Position numbers and translations under genes: made by a program
Shown: in pieces, positions 62,869-64,000 of the stretch
How the letters are laid out: each line of letters starts with the position of its first letter
Position numbering within the stretch: the stretch's first letter is position 1
Source: Candidatus Binataceae bacterium
GTDB taxonomy: Bacteria; Desulfobacterota; Binatia; Binatales; Binataceae
Reading direction: 5' to 3'
Assembly (NCBI GenBank): GCA_963798375.1
Contig: CAWCTG010000007.1
Coordinates: forward strand, 7,851 to 71,850
DNA length: 64,000 bases
The notes under the pieces: model-generated
Seen by the model: only the letters and a program-made list of their open reading frames with translations
What the model was told of the DNA's origin: nothing
The model's database searches: none

Positions 62869-63386
62869 GCACGATAGCAATCATAAGTTCGTTTGCGGAT
62901 GAGACTCGATGCGCGCAAGCGGTCGAGGAGCTCCGCGCGGCGCAGGTCGGCGACTTCAATACCTTCTCGCCGATCCCGAGCCACAAAATCGAACATGCAA
63001 TAGGCAGGTCGAAGAGTCCGGTGCGATGGCTGGTGCTGGCGGGTGGAATTTCGGGCGTTCTTACCGGCCTCGCGATAACGATTGGAACCACTTACGAGTG
63101 GCGTCTCAACGCGGGCGGGAAACCACTCCTGTCGTGGCCGCCATTCATCGTGATTTGCTTCGAGTTGATGGTCCTGCTGGGCGGAATTTTCGGCTTCTTC
63201 GGCGTGCTGATGCTGTCGGGCGTGCCCACAACCGTGATGGCGCCGGGATACAGCGGGCGCTTCGGCGAGGATCGATTTGGAATCGTGGTTCGATGTAACG
63301 AGGTGGAAGCGGCGCGTGTCGAGTCGATGCTCAAGGAATCGGGCGCGGAAGAAGTCGTTCGCGAAGACGGGGCGCAGCCGCGATGA
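62865..63386 (+). CDS. actD: Alternative Complex III subunit ActD (DUF3341)
   Basis: Small protein with two central TM helices. Its position after ActC matches the act operon order. Confidence 0.7.
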   Translation: MSTIAIISSFADETRCAQAVEELRAAQVGDFNTFSPIPSHKIEHAIGRSKSPVRWLVLAGGISGVLTGLAITIGTTYEWRLNAGGKPLLSWPPFIVICFELMVLLGGIFGFFGVLMLSGVPTTVMAPGYSGRFGEDRFGIVVRCNEVEAARVESMLKESGAEEVVREDGAQPR

Positions 63387-64000
63387 GCACCAACCTTCAA
63401 CCGGCACATCGCGAACGCGCGGCGATGAAGCCGCGAGCCGTCGAGTCGGTGGCAGGCACCACGATGAAGGCGGTGGCGGGCGCTATGATCGTGCTCGGCG
63501 CGATCGCGTTCGTGTTGGCGCTGATTCGAGGCGGAGCCGCGATCGCGTGGGAAGCCTATCTCGTCAACCTGCTGTTCTTCCTTGGCGTCGCGCAAGGTGC
63601 GGTGGTCGGGTCCGCGTCGTTCTATCTGACGCAGGCAAAGTGGGGCGGTTCGACGCCGTATCGGCTCGGCGAGGCGTTCGCGCCATTTCTGTGGGTGGGA
63701 TTTTTTCTGTTCTTTGGATTGTACTTCGGCCGCAGCCTGATTTTCCCGTGGGTAACGCATCCGATAGCGCAGAAGGCTGCGTGGCTGAACACTCCGTTTC
63801 TTTTTGCACGTGATGGAATCGGGCTCGGCCTGATGGCTGCGGCGAGCTTCGCGTTTATTCGTGTCTCGCGTGGTGACGACGCGCGGGCGTGGACGATCGC
63901 GACCGACGAGATCGAATTGCCGCCACATTCGATACGAGTGTTCGCTCCTGTGGTTGCGGTCCTCTTCGCGGCGGTCTATTCGCTGATCGCATTCGATCTG
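63383..64000 (+). CDS. polytopic membrane protein, ActF-like (NrfD-like) subunit, 5' partial (runs off window)
   Basis: ATGA overlap with the actD stop. 206 codons open to the window end. Multiple TM helices and no CxxCH, so it is not an ActE-type cytochrome. Confidence 0.55.
   Translation, partial: MSTNLQPAHRERAAMKPRAVESVAGTTMKAVAGAMIVLGAIAFVLALIRGGAAIAWEAYLVNLLFFLGVAQGAVVGSASFYLTQAKWGGSTPYRLGEAFAPFLWVGFFLFFGLYFGRSLIFPWVTHPIAQKAAWLNTPFLFARDGIGLGLMAAASFAFIRVSRGDDARAWTIATDEIELPPHSIRVFAPVVAVLFAAVYSLIAFDL

Overview
This 64-kb window is GC-rich (about 63-65%) and looks like a chromosomal segment of a Gram-negative (diderm) bacterium. About 75 genes are tightly packed, and most are core housekeeping genes.

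Recognisable core genes include secA, argJ, murI, engB (ysxC), pyrF, glnA, gltA, ispG, a short-form transaldolase, folK and an LL-DAP aminotransferase. There are also a CinA-PgpA pair, a sigma-54 two-component pair upstream of an ICMT-PspA module, a TauE/DUF1634 pair, MFS and FtsX-like transporters, and several redox and hydrolase genes. The 3' end of the window (58057-64000) holds a canonical Alternative Complex III (act) operon: a pentahaem cytochrome c ActA, a fused ActB, an NrfD-like ActC, ActD and a partial ActF-like membrane subunit.

Accessory or anomalous patches:
- 51813-54196: a low-GC element bounded by inverted repeats. It carries an IS1595-family transposase and three uncharacterised passenger ORFs, and sits between ispG and tal.
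- 54229-54649: two degenerate direct copies of the last ~110 nt of the tal gene, with a 24-bp perfect palindrome between them and a VOC-family gene beside them. This looks like scars of serial site-specific integration at the tal 3' end.
- 9098-10016: a lower-GC two-gene cassette of unknown function behind a perfect 16-bp palindromic operator-like site.
- 15628-15852 and 40199-40432: two paralogous excisionase-family HTH genes, each behind a long AT-rich leader.
- 40199-45501: an eight-gene operon with an Ltp2-like thiolase and DUF35 aldolase pair, two MaoC hotdog hydratases, and PHP, SAM-methyltransferase and alpha/beta-hydrolase genes.
- 46773-47860: a SprT-like HExxH protease with a very basic tail, start-stop overlapped with an unknown partner gene.
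- 10971-12599: a spore-photoproduct-lyase-like radical-SAM protein with a ~170-aa N-terminal extension, translationally coupled to GT2 and engB.

Two genes contain frameshifts at G-homopolymer runs: a porin-like outer membrane protein (two compensating shifts) and an amidohydrolase. These may be real pseudogenisation or assembly indel errors.

No rRNA, tRNA or CRISPR array was found. Many long ORFs in the track are antisense artefacts of the high GC content.
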